A stretch of 63,989 bases of DNA, the filler included, from Diploschistes diacapsis (lineage: Eukaryota), in the NCBI GenBank assembly GCA_023645945.1. It is 4 parts of 4 records of this genome, joined end to end, with 100 filler letters (N's around TTAATTAATTAA, not from the genome) between each part and the next. Parts side by side here need not be neighbours in the genome. Positions count along the whole stretch, not along the records: positions 16,792 to 33,456 come from JALAIB010000492.1; positions 33,557 to 50,194 come from JALAIB010000493.1; 2 more parts are not named here. One strand, 5' to 3'. A program made the position numbers and the translations under genes. A model generated the notes under the pieces. It did not search any database and was not told the DNA's origin. It was given only the letters and a program-made list of their open reading frames with translations. Positions 23,112 to 33,978 of this stretch are shown piece after piece; within the stretch, counting starts at the first letter, position 1, and every line of letters starts with the position of its first letter.

Positions 23112-25758
23112 CTAATTCTTCCCCTTCACAATCCTGTAGCTCCCCCCCACCATCTCCACCTTCCCCTCCTCCACCCTCCTTCGCAGGAAGCTCCTCAGCT
23201 CCTCGTTGCTGTAAGGAAACCCCCCCGGCACCGCAATCCCCAGCATCATCACGATCCGCTGCAGCGGCATGGCACCCTGATTCGTCAGCATGCCGACTAT
23301 AAACTGCCAGAACACGACCATCTTCTCTTCCGCGACTTCCTCCTCGCCTTTGACCGCCGGCGCGGCCGACGCTGCGGCTGCCGATGCGGCCACCGCGGCC
23401 GCCAGGGTGGTGGAATCGCTTGCTTTGCTCACGGCTGGGGCCGAGACGTCCTGGATGGCGGCCTCCGGCAGGCGTTCGAGGACGGAGTAGCCGCCGTCCT
23501 GGGGGGACTTGACGAGGACGAGCTTGCCGACCCAGAAGGTCAGGGCTGTGGTGACGAGGTCCTCGTCCATCTGCAGCTGCTGCTCTAGCTGCTCTGCGGT
23601 TTTGGAGACGGCCTGCTGTGCGCCGTCAACGTCCTGGAAGGCGTAGATGACGCTGGCGTGCGCCGTCGATACGGTTTCCTGGATCGTGCGGTCTTCGAGC
23701 TCGAGCTCCACGTCTACTTGGCCCAGAACATCGAGCCAGGTGAGCTTGCGGGAGCTCTTGTAGTGTTCGAAGCCTTGCGAGTAGGCTTCTTGCAGTGCTT
23801 GCAGCTCGGGTGGGAGGCGGAAGGTTTCTTCGTGCAAGGCCGGCCAGTAGAGGCGGGAGAGAATCTTTGCAGAGACTTGAGGGCCGCGGCCTTCGATGTC
23901 CTGCTCTCGCTTGATCCAGGCGTTGGTCCGTACGGAATCGGCCACGTCGCGCATCATGACCTCGCAGGCCTGCAGTGGGGCTTCACCGAAGCGCAGCTTG
24001 AGGAGCTCGAGCACGCGTTCTTCCTTGTCGTACTCGCAGTCTGGTTTGAGCAGTCGTTCGCCAAGGATGTTCTGGAATTCTTTGACGAAGACGTCTTTTG
24101 TTTCGAAGAGACTTACGAGAGTTTCGATGACGTCCGTGGATTTTGACTTCTTGTATTCAGGACCTACGTCTACTGGATCCGGCTGCCAGTTCATGTCCTC
24201 AAAGTCCAGGTCGGCCCAGTCATCCTCGCTTGCACTTTCAATCACCTTATTCAGCTCCGTAGCAAGTTCGACTAGTGTATCGGTTGATGATGTCTCATCG
24301 TCAGGGTCTGCCAGCAGACCGGTGACTATGATCTTTACGGTATCATCACGATCACGAAGGTAGCGTCTGATCGGCCGTGCCAAACGATCAAGAAGGACGC
24401 CTTTTGGATCAAGTACCGCAAATGCTCTTATGATGCAAATGTAAACCTGTAGTATCTCGAGGGTCGATGCTCCTGGATGAAGAAGCCTTTGCGAGATGAC
24501 CTCCGAGAAGTACACTACAAGATGAGCCCTCGTACCCGTAGACGTGGCACATTGCTTCAGATCCTCGACAGCGCCGCGGCTGTTGTCCCAATCAACGACA
24601 ACGTCAAATAGCTCTCTGAGACGCAATGCTCCCAGATCGTCGATGATACGTTGCTGCAGATTCGACACATCTTCGAATGACATCTTCGTTTGCGAGGCTT
24701 CAACAATGTCTCGGCTACCTAAGAGGTAAGATACCATCTCATTGACAAAATCAGAGAAGTCTCCTTGGGCCCAGTCTTGCAGATACTTCAGGGCCAGCGA
24801 AGGCGCAGCCCATTTGCCAGCATAGTTCTTGTCCACGAAGGCCGTCAAGAGTCTACTTACAACCTCTGCGAAGATTCGTTGCGCCTCGGACCCTCCAAGA
24901 CCGACCTCGTCCATGGCAATCATGAGACTGGCACACTTCCTTCGGGCTTCGTCTGCTCGATCTTGAGAGCTGCTGATCTTCATCGAGTCTTCATCATCGA
25001 GCTCATCTTCCTCTGAGTCTTCCTTATCGACGTGAAGGACAGTGGAGCACAATTCCATAAGACGGTCTCGCGTAAGCAGTTTGTATCTAGTTTCCGACAG
25101 TGACGTGCGTATCATGGCATGCAACTTGACCTGAAATCGTTGTAGCTCGGCCTGAGCTTGATCTGAAGGTAGCCTTGGGAGGACATGCTCTTCGATTGGA
25201 GACATGTAAACGAATTGCACAAGCTGCAAGGTGCGTACAAGAGCATCTAGAGGGTGAACATCTCCGTTGCGAGACACAATCTGCAAAGGACTTAGAATAC
25301 CCATGAGTCGAGCTTTTGACAATCATGCTCACTTCGATCAAAACGCCAAGCTGGTGATCAAGGTAGTGCCGTCCAACTTCTTGCGAATACCACTGCAGTA
25401 GATCGTCCAGCCCAGCCTCTCCCTCGACCCGTTGCCGATGGGACAACACATATGCAACAGCTTCTGAGACGGTATGTGAGGGCAGTTTGTAGAATTTGGC
25501 GCGGCCGTTCCCTTTACTCCAATAAGCGTCTTCAAGGGTGACGGGGCCATGTCTAATAGCCAGGAATTCTGTCGCGTAATGCCATGCTCGTTCCCACCTG
25601 ATGCTCGCTGTTGCGGCATCTTCTTGTGACTGAGAGTCATCTGCGAATGGGCCGCCAAAAGAGCCTTGTTGTATAACTGGGGTAGCGGTTGGAGTTGGCA
25701 GAGACTTTTGACTTGGAGGTGGAAAAACCGCTTCGAAGAGCCTCCTACGGGCTGCCAT
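23112..25758 (-). CDS. APC2: Anaphase-promoting complex subunit 2 (cullin-like)
   Basis: ATG 25758, intron 25332-25281. Motifs RLLHPGASTLEILQVYI, LDPKGVLL..RPIRRYLR.R.DT, WQPDPVD, LELLKLRFGE, KILSRLYWP, SRKLTWL..LG, FIVGMLTN. Confidence 0.93.
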
Positions 25759-26177
25759 TGTCCTTGACTGGCCTACCCATAGAGATGCTCCATCCACTTA
25801 AGCTCCAGCGATACCAAGGGATCCTATCTTTTGTGGACGTGCATCTCACACCGGATATCACACTAGAGAACGAGATGTACTTATATAAGAAGTAGTACCG
25901 ATCTGCATCTAACAAACGGTAATACTTCAAGCGAGAATCAATATTTACTTTGTGACAAGTTCGGCTAAGAGAAGACAGCAACCGTGGACGAGCAGATGGA
26001 TAGAAAAAGGCTTGGGAAGTTTTGAAAAAGTCTCAAGTAGTGCATATGTACTTTTCTACCCTAGTCAAGAACCGCACCGCGTTCTACATAAGGTATTAAG
26101 CAGCACCGATACCGGGTTGAGCCCACGAGAAGTGGTATCTCTATTGTGAACGCCTTTGCACATACGTCTTAAGCTAC

Positions 26178-27666
26178 CTATCCCTCCCATTCCTCGAACA
26201 ACCACTTGATCTTCGCCATTACCTCACTCTTCACAACCGGCTGTCTACTCATCCCGCTCAGACCACCCAGACTACAACCCTTCCACCTCTCACCCGTGAC
26301 TACTCTCTTGATCTTTGTCAAATCCTCTTCCCTCTCCAAGCCTTGCCCGCCTCCATCCACTCCTCTCCCGAGCACATCAAGCACAACTTCGCAAATCCTC
26401 CTCGCATTCCCCGCATTGGCCGCCATGTTCCCCATCACCATCTCGACACTCACATCCCCCTCCCCCTCACCCTCCCTCCAGCAATCATAATCCGTACTCA
26501 TACAAATCATCGCATAACCAATCTCCGCCTCCCTCGCCAGCTTCGCCTCCGGCAGGCACGACATGTTAATCACGCTCGCCCCCCACGACCGATACAAATG
26601 CGACTCCGCCCTCGTCGAGAACTGCGGGCCCTCCATGCATATGAGTAAGCCAGTTGGATGTATCTTCGGCGGCGCGGCCTCGCTCGCCGGACCACCCGTC
26701 GCTACCGCCGCCTCGGTAGTCGAAGAGAGCGTAGAGCTCATGACTTCCGGATTACTGGCCAGGGTAGCGAGCAGGATGTTCCTCAGCTCTGTATCGAAGG
26801 GGTCTGCGAAGGGCACATGGCTCACGATTCCGCCCTCGAAGAACGTCCAGGGCCTGACCCCCTTCGTTCGATCGATGACCTGGTCCGGCAACAAGAAATC
26901 CCGTGGCCGGACTTTCTCTTGCAGGCTTCCTACTGCTGAAAAAGCGACTATGCATCTCACCCCTAGCTTTCTCAGCGCGGCGATGTTCGCGCGGGAGTTC
27001 ACTTCGTGTGGGGCGAATTCGTGGTGCAAGCCGTGCCGCGACAGAAAGGCGACGTTTAGCGGAGGCGGAGAAGCGGACGTGGCTGTAGTAGCTGTGGAGA
27101 GCGGGTTTGTTGGCGCGCAACGTGGGTGAGTGAGGATCGTTATGGGGGATGATGGAGGGCCCCAGGGCGTGAGGAGGGAGGGGTGCGTAAGGGGGAGTTG
27201 GGCGATGGGCGTGAAGTGTGGGAGAGAAGTAAGGCCAGTGCCGCCTATTATCGCTATCTGGATAGGGCCTGCGGAACATTAGGGAAGACATCGAGACTTG
27301 AAAGTAAGAAGGCAGAAGCGGATCTAGAAGCGGGACCTGGAAGTAGACAGAGGGGCAGGCGATATTAAGAATAATTTGCACGCTAAGCACCCTCTTCCAC
27401 CAGTTTGTGCCTTTACAAGAGCTTTTGCTTCAGATCAAGTACAAAATAGGCCTGAGCTACTTGGAGCTCTTCTTAGAACGTTCAGAATCGGGTTTTAATT
27501 GGTCTGAAGCATCTCTCGAGCTCTTGTGTGGGCCTCAAATGGCGGAAGAGGTGTTTGGTGTGTATATCATTCTTGGTATCGGCCGAGGGGGCACTCTCAG
27601 TGGTCTTTGACGGAGAAGGGAGGGAATTGGGAGCGTACCATCAAAAGACTCTGGAAGGGCTGCCAT
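26178..27666 (-). CDS. MEU1: S-methyl-5'-thioadenosine phosphorylase, 2 exons
   Basis: Exon 1 27666-27639 (MAALPESFDG), 370-nt intron GTACGC..CTAAT..CAG 27638-27269, exon 2 27268-26178 (PIQIAIIGGTGL, AFLSRHG, ANIAAL, SAVGSL, CMEGPQFSTRAES, NMSCLPEAKLAREAE, TDYDCW). Confidence 0.92.
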
Positions 27667-28681
27667 TCTCTTTTGTCGCAAGGGAAAGATCGCATGAGAA
27701 ACGCGCGTTTGATAGCACAATGGCCAGTTGAACAAGGCCTGTGTGATCTTGTAAGAGGGGCAGCTTTATGTAGGTAAAGAAAACATGGGTTCGAAGAGGA
27801 GGGCGGGGAAACCAACGGATTTCGAATCCCGTCAGGGCGGATATTTATTCCGTACTCAGGTTCCAGAACTCCGTATTGCGCCGAAGCTGAAGGGTCCCCA
27901 GTGGGATGGTGGTCTGGGTTTCTGGGGGAGTGGAGGTTGGGTTGTGGGTTATGATATACGAGATTGATCAATGGCTTTGCCTGGGCTTCAAAGGATATGT
28001 ATTTTCAGGGATTGCGGGCTATTCTTTCCACCTTCCACGTGAAGATGGCTTTCAACTAATGTAAGATGGTTTCATTCTTCAAGAATAAGTCTTGACAAGT
28101 GCTTGGTATTGAAACGCTTCTTGATGCTCCGCCAAATGCCCATATTTCACTCACGATTTCTATCGACCACTGCAGTTGAAACCAGGAATAAGCGAATGCA
28201 TCTTCCCACACGTCGGCCTGAATTGGGTGCCAGCCTGTTATAACAAGCTCAGCTAGGACTCGCCGTCCTAGGACGTTGGGGCGCGGAAGACCCCATTCAA
28301 TCTAGGTCAGTGGACTAATCCTACAAGCTGCAAAACATCATAAACGAACCTGTCTCAACACCATACGGCAACACGAAGTATGTACTGAACACCGTGTGCA
28401 ATGGGGAATATGGGAGAAGAATATTCGAAAATCCTGAATTTCTTGCTTGATGGGTATCAAATATCTATGGAAAAGTCCTCCGAGAAGAAAGAAATCAGCA
28501 TCCGAAGCCACAAACACCAGAAAATCGCTCGCTTGCTCGAGTCGAGGAACAAATATCAGAAAGTTGAAATCCAACAAAAGTTAAAGAAAAAGAGACATTC
28601 AGTCTACTAGCCTAGTTCCTGTGAACTAAACGCTTGAAGAATTCTCTCGGGTGGGAGCGCCTGCCGAGGGGTTAGTAACGC

Positions 28682-30028
28682 TCAAGTATCTGGAGGAGGA
28701 TCATTCAATACTGACTTTTGCGAGCCCGAAGCGTTCGAAGTGTAAGGACCCGATGCTCCCGAGTTGCTGGGGTCCATTGGCGTCGTGGTGATTGGGCTGC
28801 TTTCCAAGCTTCCGCTTGGCATGGGCTCGCCCGATGGAATCACACCAGTGGGTGAGACTCCGGTGGGAGCTGTCCCAGTTGGTGTGGTGTCAATCGGAGC
28901 GATGCCGCTCGCAGCAGTGCCGGTAGGACCGACCGGAGAGCTATCGGATGGTGTGGGGAATGGAGCTACCGTCAGGCTGCCGGATGACGAGGGAGATGGA
29001 GGAAGAGCAGTGGCGGTGTTATCGCTCGCCGCGAAGCTGGCCACGACAGTTGGAGCGGGGTTCGTGCCGGTTGGGGCAACACCAGATGATGGCAAAACAT
29101 CAGCGGGGATGGAACTGGCCACGGCAGTTGGAACTGGGCTTGTGCCGGTTGGGGCAGTGCCAGATGGTGGCAAAACACCAGCGGGGATGGAGCTGGCCAC
29201 GGCAGTTGGGACTGGGTTCGTGCCCGTTGGGGCAAGGCCAGATGGTGGCAAAACACCAGCGGGGATGGAGCTGGATATGGCAATTGGGGCTGGGTTTGTG
29301 CCGGTTGGGGCAACGCCAGATGGGGGCAAAACACCAGCCGGAGTGGAGCTGGGCTCGGTGTTGATAATGCTAGCAGCGGTCTCGATAGGAGCCAGAAGCG
29401 AGGAGATCTCGCTCTGGATGGGGCCAAGGAGACCGGTGGGTAACGTGGGAGCACCAGTGCCGGTGGGCAACGGCATGCTGCTGCCGGATGGAACAATAGC
29501 ACCGGACGGAAAAACACCAGCTGGGATCGAAGTGGGGGTCGGAATCACGACTGGGGTGCTCGAAGGAGTCGGTACAGAAACCTGGACTGGAGCGGTAGTG
29601 TTTGGAGCGCTGGTCGGTAGAGTGGTAGCCATGACGCCGGACATGGTCGAGGGAACGCAGACCACGTTCTGTGAAGCAGTGACGGTGACGGTAGCGGGAG
29701 CGACGTTGGCCGGGACCGTAACCGTGACAGTCTGCGTGAGGTAGGGAAGGCTGACCAGTACACCTTGAGGAGTTGAGACAGAAGCGGATGGCGAGGGAGC
29801 AACTAGTGGCGTTGCGACAGGACCGGTCGGGCCAACGGTTCCGGTTGGAACGCAAGCGGAGCCGCTGCAGCCGACGAAGTCCGAGGGGCTGATGCCATCG
29901 AAGATGCCGATGGTTAGTGTCTCGAAGAGCTGTGCTTGAGGTTCCCTTGGCAGAAGAGGCTTTGCATTAACTGAGGCAGACAAAAACAAGGAGAGTGCGG
30001 CTCCGATGGTGAAGTATGAGGCAACCAT
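28682..30028 (-). CDS. Secreted Pro/Ser/Thr-rich protein with internal tandem repeats
   Basis: 448-aa ORF; signal peptide MVASYFTIGAALSLFLSASVNA and PRE kexin-like site; mucin-like composition; no recognisable catalytic domain or GPI tail. Confidence 0.75.
   Translation of the reverse strand: MVASYFTIGAALSLFLSASVNAKPLLPREPQAQLFETLTIGIFDGISPSDFVGCSGSACVPTGTVGPTGPVATPLVAPSPSASVSTPQGVLVSLPYLTQTVTVTVPANVAPATVTVTASQNVVCVPSTMSGVMATTLPTSAPNTTAPVQVSVPTPSSTPVVIPTPTSIPAGVFPSGAIVPSGSSMPLPTGTGAPTLPTGLLGPIQSEISSLLAPIETAASIINTEPSSTPAGVLPPSGVAPTGTNPAPIAISSSIPAGVLPPSGLAPTGTNPVPTAVASSIPAGVLPPSGTAPTGTSPVPTAVASSIPADVLPSSGVAPTGTNPAPTVVASFAASDNTATALPPSPSSSGSLTVAPFPTPSDSSPVGPTGTAASGIAPIDTTPTGTAPTGVSPTGVIPSGEPMPSGSLESSPITTTPMDPSNSGASGPYTSNASGSQKSVLNDPPPDT
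29039..29350 (-). repeat. 4 x 78-bp coding tandem repeat (26 aa, SSIPAGVLPPSGxAPTGTNPxPTAVA)
   Basis: Four near-identical units visible in both DNA and protein. Confidence 0.9.
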
Positions 30029-31107
30029 TTTGATGTTTGGAGGGGTAGTAGTAGCAGGGTATTAGATAATAAGGATATTAATCAAAAGACCCGCTTGTAT
30101 AGCTGCTACCGGAGCAAGTGAATGGACTAAGGCACTGCCTTGCAAAGAAAGGAATTAAAGAAGAAGAAGAAGAGAAAAACAAGGCACTAGGCCTGTGGAA
30201 CAGAAAATGCAAAGCTAGGAAAGGGAAGGGATGAAGCTGTGAGCAGGCGCTGAAGAAGCCATAAGACGAGCAGACCGATACGGTGATATATACTGAGCGA
30301 TCTTGCTCCTAACAAGATAACATAGTATGATAACATTGGATAAATGTTAGTTCAACAAGGTTGGGAGATTAGCTTGATTGTTTCCACCGCTTCCAATTAC
30401 TAACAGCGTGGATACGGGCAAACAACAAGGGCAACAACGTCGGAGTAGAGGCTGGTTGCGCTTAGGAACAGAGAAACAAGACGGTTGGGGTCGAGATCAA
30501 GCGTTGTCGAAATATGAGGCCAGTAGGCTGAGCTCCCTCAACAGTGTGCCGTTGTGGGTTGTTGCTCCTAGTAGGGCCAACGCAGACGCAACACACGCCA
30601 AAGCCAACTGAGGGATCTAATCACGTAAGCCCCGGGCAGTTGCAAGCCACTTCTTAGTTATGATTATGATCTGATGCAAGTTTAGATCATAGACATCTCG
30701 TTTCAGAAGCTTCAGCTTCATCTTCATGCTTCTTGAGAGCTGCTGAACAACTCAAAGGAGGAAGAGAAGAGAAGGAAGGGTTTTTTGGCCTTTAAGCTGA
30801 CTAAGCACTGTGCTAAGTCCGTTAAGTCCCGCTCTGGAACTTTAAAGACTTGGGATCCCTACAATCCAGTCATCAGCTTACCTTGGATAGATGCCATGCT
30901 CGAAGGAGATCCGGTAGTGAAAAAGCTGTCGTTTCTACATCTACTTCTTGCGCATATGTGCCCTGCTCATCCCGAGCTTCAACCACCATGCATCTGCCAT
31001 CCATCTGAGAACGCATAATCAAGCAAACTGTCTACACCCTAACAGAAATTCAACGAACAGAGCTCCCCTCTACACCAAACACCACACTCCTAAGCCGGCT
31101 GCCCCCT

Positions 31108-32606
31108 CTATCTCTCAGGTCTCACTATCTCGCCTTCACAGCCTCCAGTCCCTCCATCAACCTCCCCAAACCTCGCCTCCCACAGATCCAAAATATAATT
31201 CCTTCTCGGCCTCCACGGCGCCTTGTCCCCCGCCCTCGGTATATCCCCCTTCGCCCTCTCCACGTACGTACTATTCAGGTTTATAACGTCCATCTCCTTC
31301 ATCCCGCTAGTATCCTCCTTGCTGATCCGCGGCACGAGCGCCCCAATGCCGTTCCTGCGCATGGGCTTGAGCAGGCGGCAGACGTGCTGGGCCGTCGCGT
31401 CGGCGCCGAGCGTCCAGGAGGCGTTGGTGCAGCCCATGACCGTGACGGCGTTGGGGACGGAGGAGAGCATGGGGCCCTTGCAGGGATGGCAGGAGGCGAT
31501 AGATATCGGGACGGAGTTGACGGATATGGAGGTGCCGCTTGCTAAGAGGAAGCGGAGGCGCGTTGCGGTTATGGTGATGTCGGCGGGAATGGAGCGCGTG
31601 GGGTGGGTTTGCGTGGCCGCTTGCGTGGCGTTGGGCTGCTCTTCGGCGGGCTTGGAGAAATTGGGTTGAGCAGGCGTGCATACGATGGAGTCTGATGTCA
31701 CAGGGTGGATGATGCCCGTCGCAACAGAGGCGTCGCCGGCGCGAATAATCTTCCAGAAGTCACCGTCCGGGCAATTCCTTCTCCGTTTGCTTTTTTTACA
31801 CCTTTCCTCGCTGCCTTGGGAAATGTAGAACAGATTGATAGAACAGGAACCGGAGGATAAGGAAATTGAGCCGTATGAGCGCGTGGGCGAACTATCTGGG
31901 AAACCAGTCCGAGGCCCATTGAACTGTGTTGTGTCATGCCGGGGCGAGTCAAGACATAGCCTGGCGAGCGCTGCAGCATGGCCACGTGTGCAGCTTTCTG
32001 GGCGAGAACAGGAAGCAGAGTCATCGCCATGGCCCCGAATCCCACTATCACCACCCGTTTACCTTCGTAGTCGAGATCTTCCGGCCAGAATCGAGGACGT
32101 ACAATCCGACCGGAGAAGTTCGAGAGAGCCAAGGATGTCGGTCTGCAAAGGACGATCGTAGTCGTAGTGGCCGGTGCTTAGGACTGGGAAGCACGATCGA
32201 TCGATCGAACTTCTTCGCCGATTTCTCGTCTTCCTTGCTTGAACCGTCCATCTCCACGGTCAACGTCCAGGCCTGCTTGTCCGATGACCGCTCCATAGCT
32301 ACGAGTTTGTGATGATAGCTGATCTTCCTTCAGTCCCGTACTCGGCTGCCGATTCCCTCACGTAGTCGCATATTGATGCGCTGTCGAATATTATTCTCGT
32401 GCTACCTGAGTACTTGAAGAGGTCCCATGTTCCCTCCTATGGCGTCACGAGCCTCCAGTATACAGTATGATGCGTCGGGTAACTCAGAACTAAACACGAT
32501 ATGTGCAGTTGATGCCAGAGATGCCAGCACCAGTTATGACCACATCGTATATGGAATTATCAGGGGTTAAGTTTTGCTCGTTCAAAGGGGACCTTTTTTC
32601 AGCCAT
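31108..32606 (-). pseudogene. Degraded FAD-dependent monooxygenase (EthA-like Baeyer-Villiger/FMO family)
   Basis: From ATG 32606: YDVVITGAGISGIN (FAD motif), then an in-frame TAG and frameshifts before GGTWDLFKY. Further fragments in other frames: FSGRIVRPRFWPEDLDYEGKRVVIVGFGAMAMTLLP, MLQRSPGY, MLSSVPNA..VMGCTNASWTLGAD, NLNSTYV.RA...PRAGDKAPW. Confidence 0.85.
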
Positions 32607-33243
32607 GCTCGTGGAAAGCGTGAAGAAGGCCTATGTATCCTCGAGACTGGAAGATGATGAGAGAATCAAACGCTCATATTATTCTAACAAAATGGAACGG
32701 CATCTTAAAGAAAAGCGATACTCGCAAGGCTCCTCACTGTCGCCCAATTGGCCACCAAAAAGAGATGGCGCGGCTCTCTAGACATGGTTCGATCGCCCTC
32801 GCGGTGTAAGCTTTAAGCTTCAAGCGAAGTCTGACCGCATGCAGGCTCCACTCAGGGCAACTGGGGCCTCTGGAATGTTCAATCATCCTGAAATAGGTAG
32901 CGAACAGTGAATAGCGTATACATGTACACTGGATGACGCATGTAGCTCAAACGATACGATAGAGCGCCCGGGAGTTCTCCCGCCCCCCAAAACCGGGCTG
33001 TTTGCCCCTTGACGTCATACTCCATCACCTTTGTACTCCAGCCTTGTTTGTATAGGTTGCGAGCGGCGGCCGGATCTCTCTTCGCAGTTCAGATAAATCC
33101 ATACTGCACTTCTGTAGACCTTGATTCCAAAACCCCCCTTCACCAAAGAACACACTCTACAAAAACGCAACTACAACTCTACCATCCCAAGTCCCAAAGA
33201 ACCCCCCTTCAAACCAACCCCCATAAAAACAAGGAATCAAAAA

Positions 33244-33412
33244 ATGAGCAACCTCACCAGCTCGGCCTCGCACCTCCTGCAATCCATCCTGGACATCTAC
33301 AAGGCCTTCTTCAACACCCTGCTCTCCGTCTTCGGGGGCGTCTTCTCCGTCTTCGGCACCGTGGTCGAGGACGCCGCCGGCCTGGCCAAGGGGCTCGTCA
33401 ATCTCGTTCTCG
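33244..33412 (+). CDS. First exon of a small amphipathic/membrane protein; remainder lost in gap
   Basis: AAAATG context, strong codon bias (MSNLTSSASHLLQSILDIYKAFFNTLLSVFGG...NLVL) and GTATGC donor at 33413. Confidence 0.6.
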
Positions 33413-33456
33413 GTATGCTTTTCCCCCTTGCTCCCCTTGCCTCCTCCTCCTCCTCC

Positions 33457-33556
33457 NNNNNNNNNNNNNNNNNNNNNNNNNNNNNNNNNNNNNNNNNNNN
33501 TTAATTAATTAANNNNNNNNNNNNNNNNNNNNNNNNNNNNNNNNNNNNNNNNNNNN
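33457..33556. other. Assembly gap / artificial spacer
   Basis: N44-TTAATTAATTAA-N44. Confidence 0.97.
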
Positions 33557-33847
33557 CCCCCGGCATGACCCCAAGTGCTGGCTGGCCAAGTGGGTGGAAT
33601 CTGATACCATCCTCTCCTCTTTTGATCGCTCGCTCGCTTGGAAGCCGGAACTTCGCGCCGTGTACGAGGCACTGCGGTTTGGGCTCCACACAGGGTCGCT
33701 GGAACTCGCACAGCTGGAAAAGGAGGGAAGTGGGCCGAGATGCGCTCACACTTGAAATCTTGAGGAAGAAGTTTTTCAACTCTTCTTGTCGCGTAAGGTC
33801 TAGGAGCTGGAGATGATATAACCTTTTTGGGGTTCATCTGTGCTAGT

Positions 33848-33978
33848 GGAAATATTAAGCAACGGTAGCGCGTCGGATTCCGGCGTGGACTTCCCGAAGG
33901 TAAACAATGATCAACCCCAAACATATTTCGTGTCTAATTATTAAATCTAGGTTCTGCGTTCGAATCGCAGTATTTTCA
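33848..33978 (+). tRNA. tRNA gene or pseudogene with Trp-like body and CCG anticodon, interrupted by an ~8-nt anticodon-loop intron and a 51-nt GT-AG intron in the variable loop
   Basis: Acceptor stem GGAAATA (33848-54)/TATTTTC (33971-77) + A73; D-loop AACGGTA; anticodon arm TCGGA-TTCCGG..T-CCCGA; variable loop AG|GTT; T-arm CTGCG-TTCGAAT-CGCAG; T-runs from about 33993. The D-stem is only half paired. Confidence 0.75.

Noticed and set aside
27814..27833. ACGGATTTCGAATCCCGT, T-arm-like sequence upstream of MEU1
   Set aside because: The stem closing pair is wrong and no D-arm, anticodon arm or acceptor stem could be found.
29039..29350. Regularly spaced repeats as a possible CRISPR-like array
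   Set aside because: Contiguous 78-bp coding repeats without unique spacers, in a eukaryotic gene.
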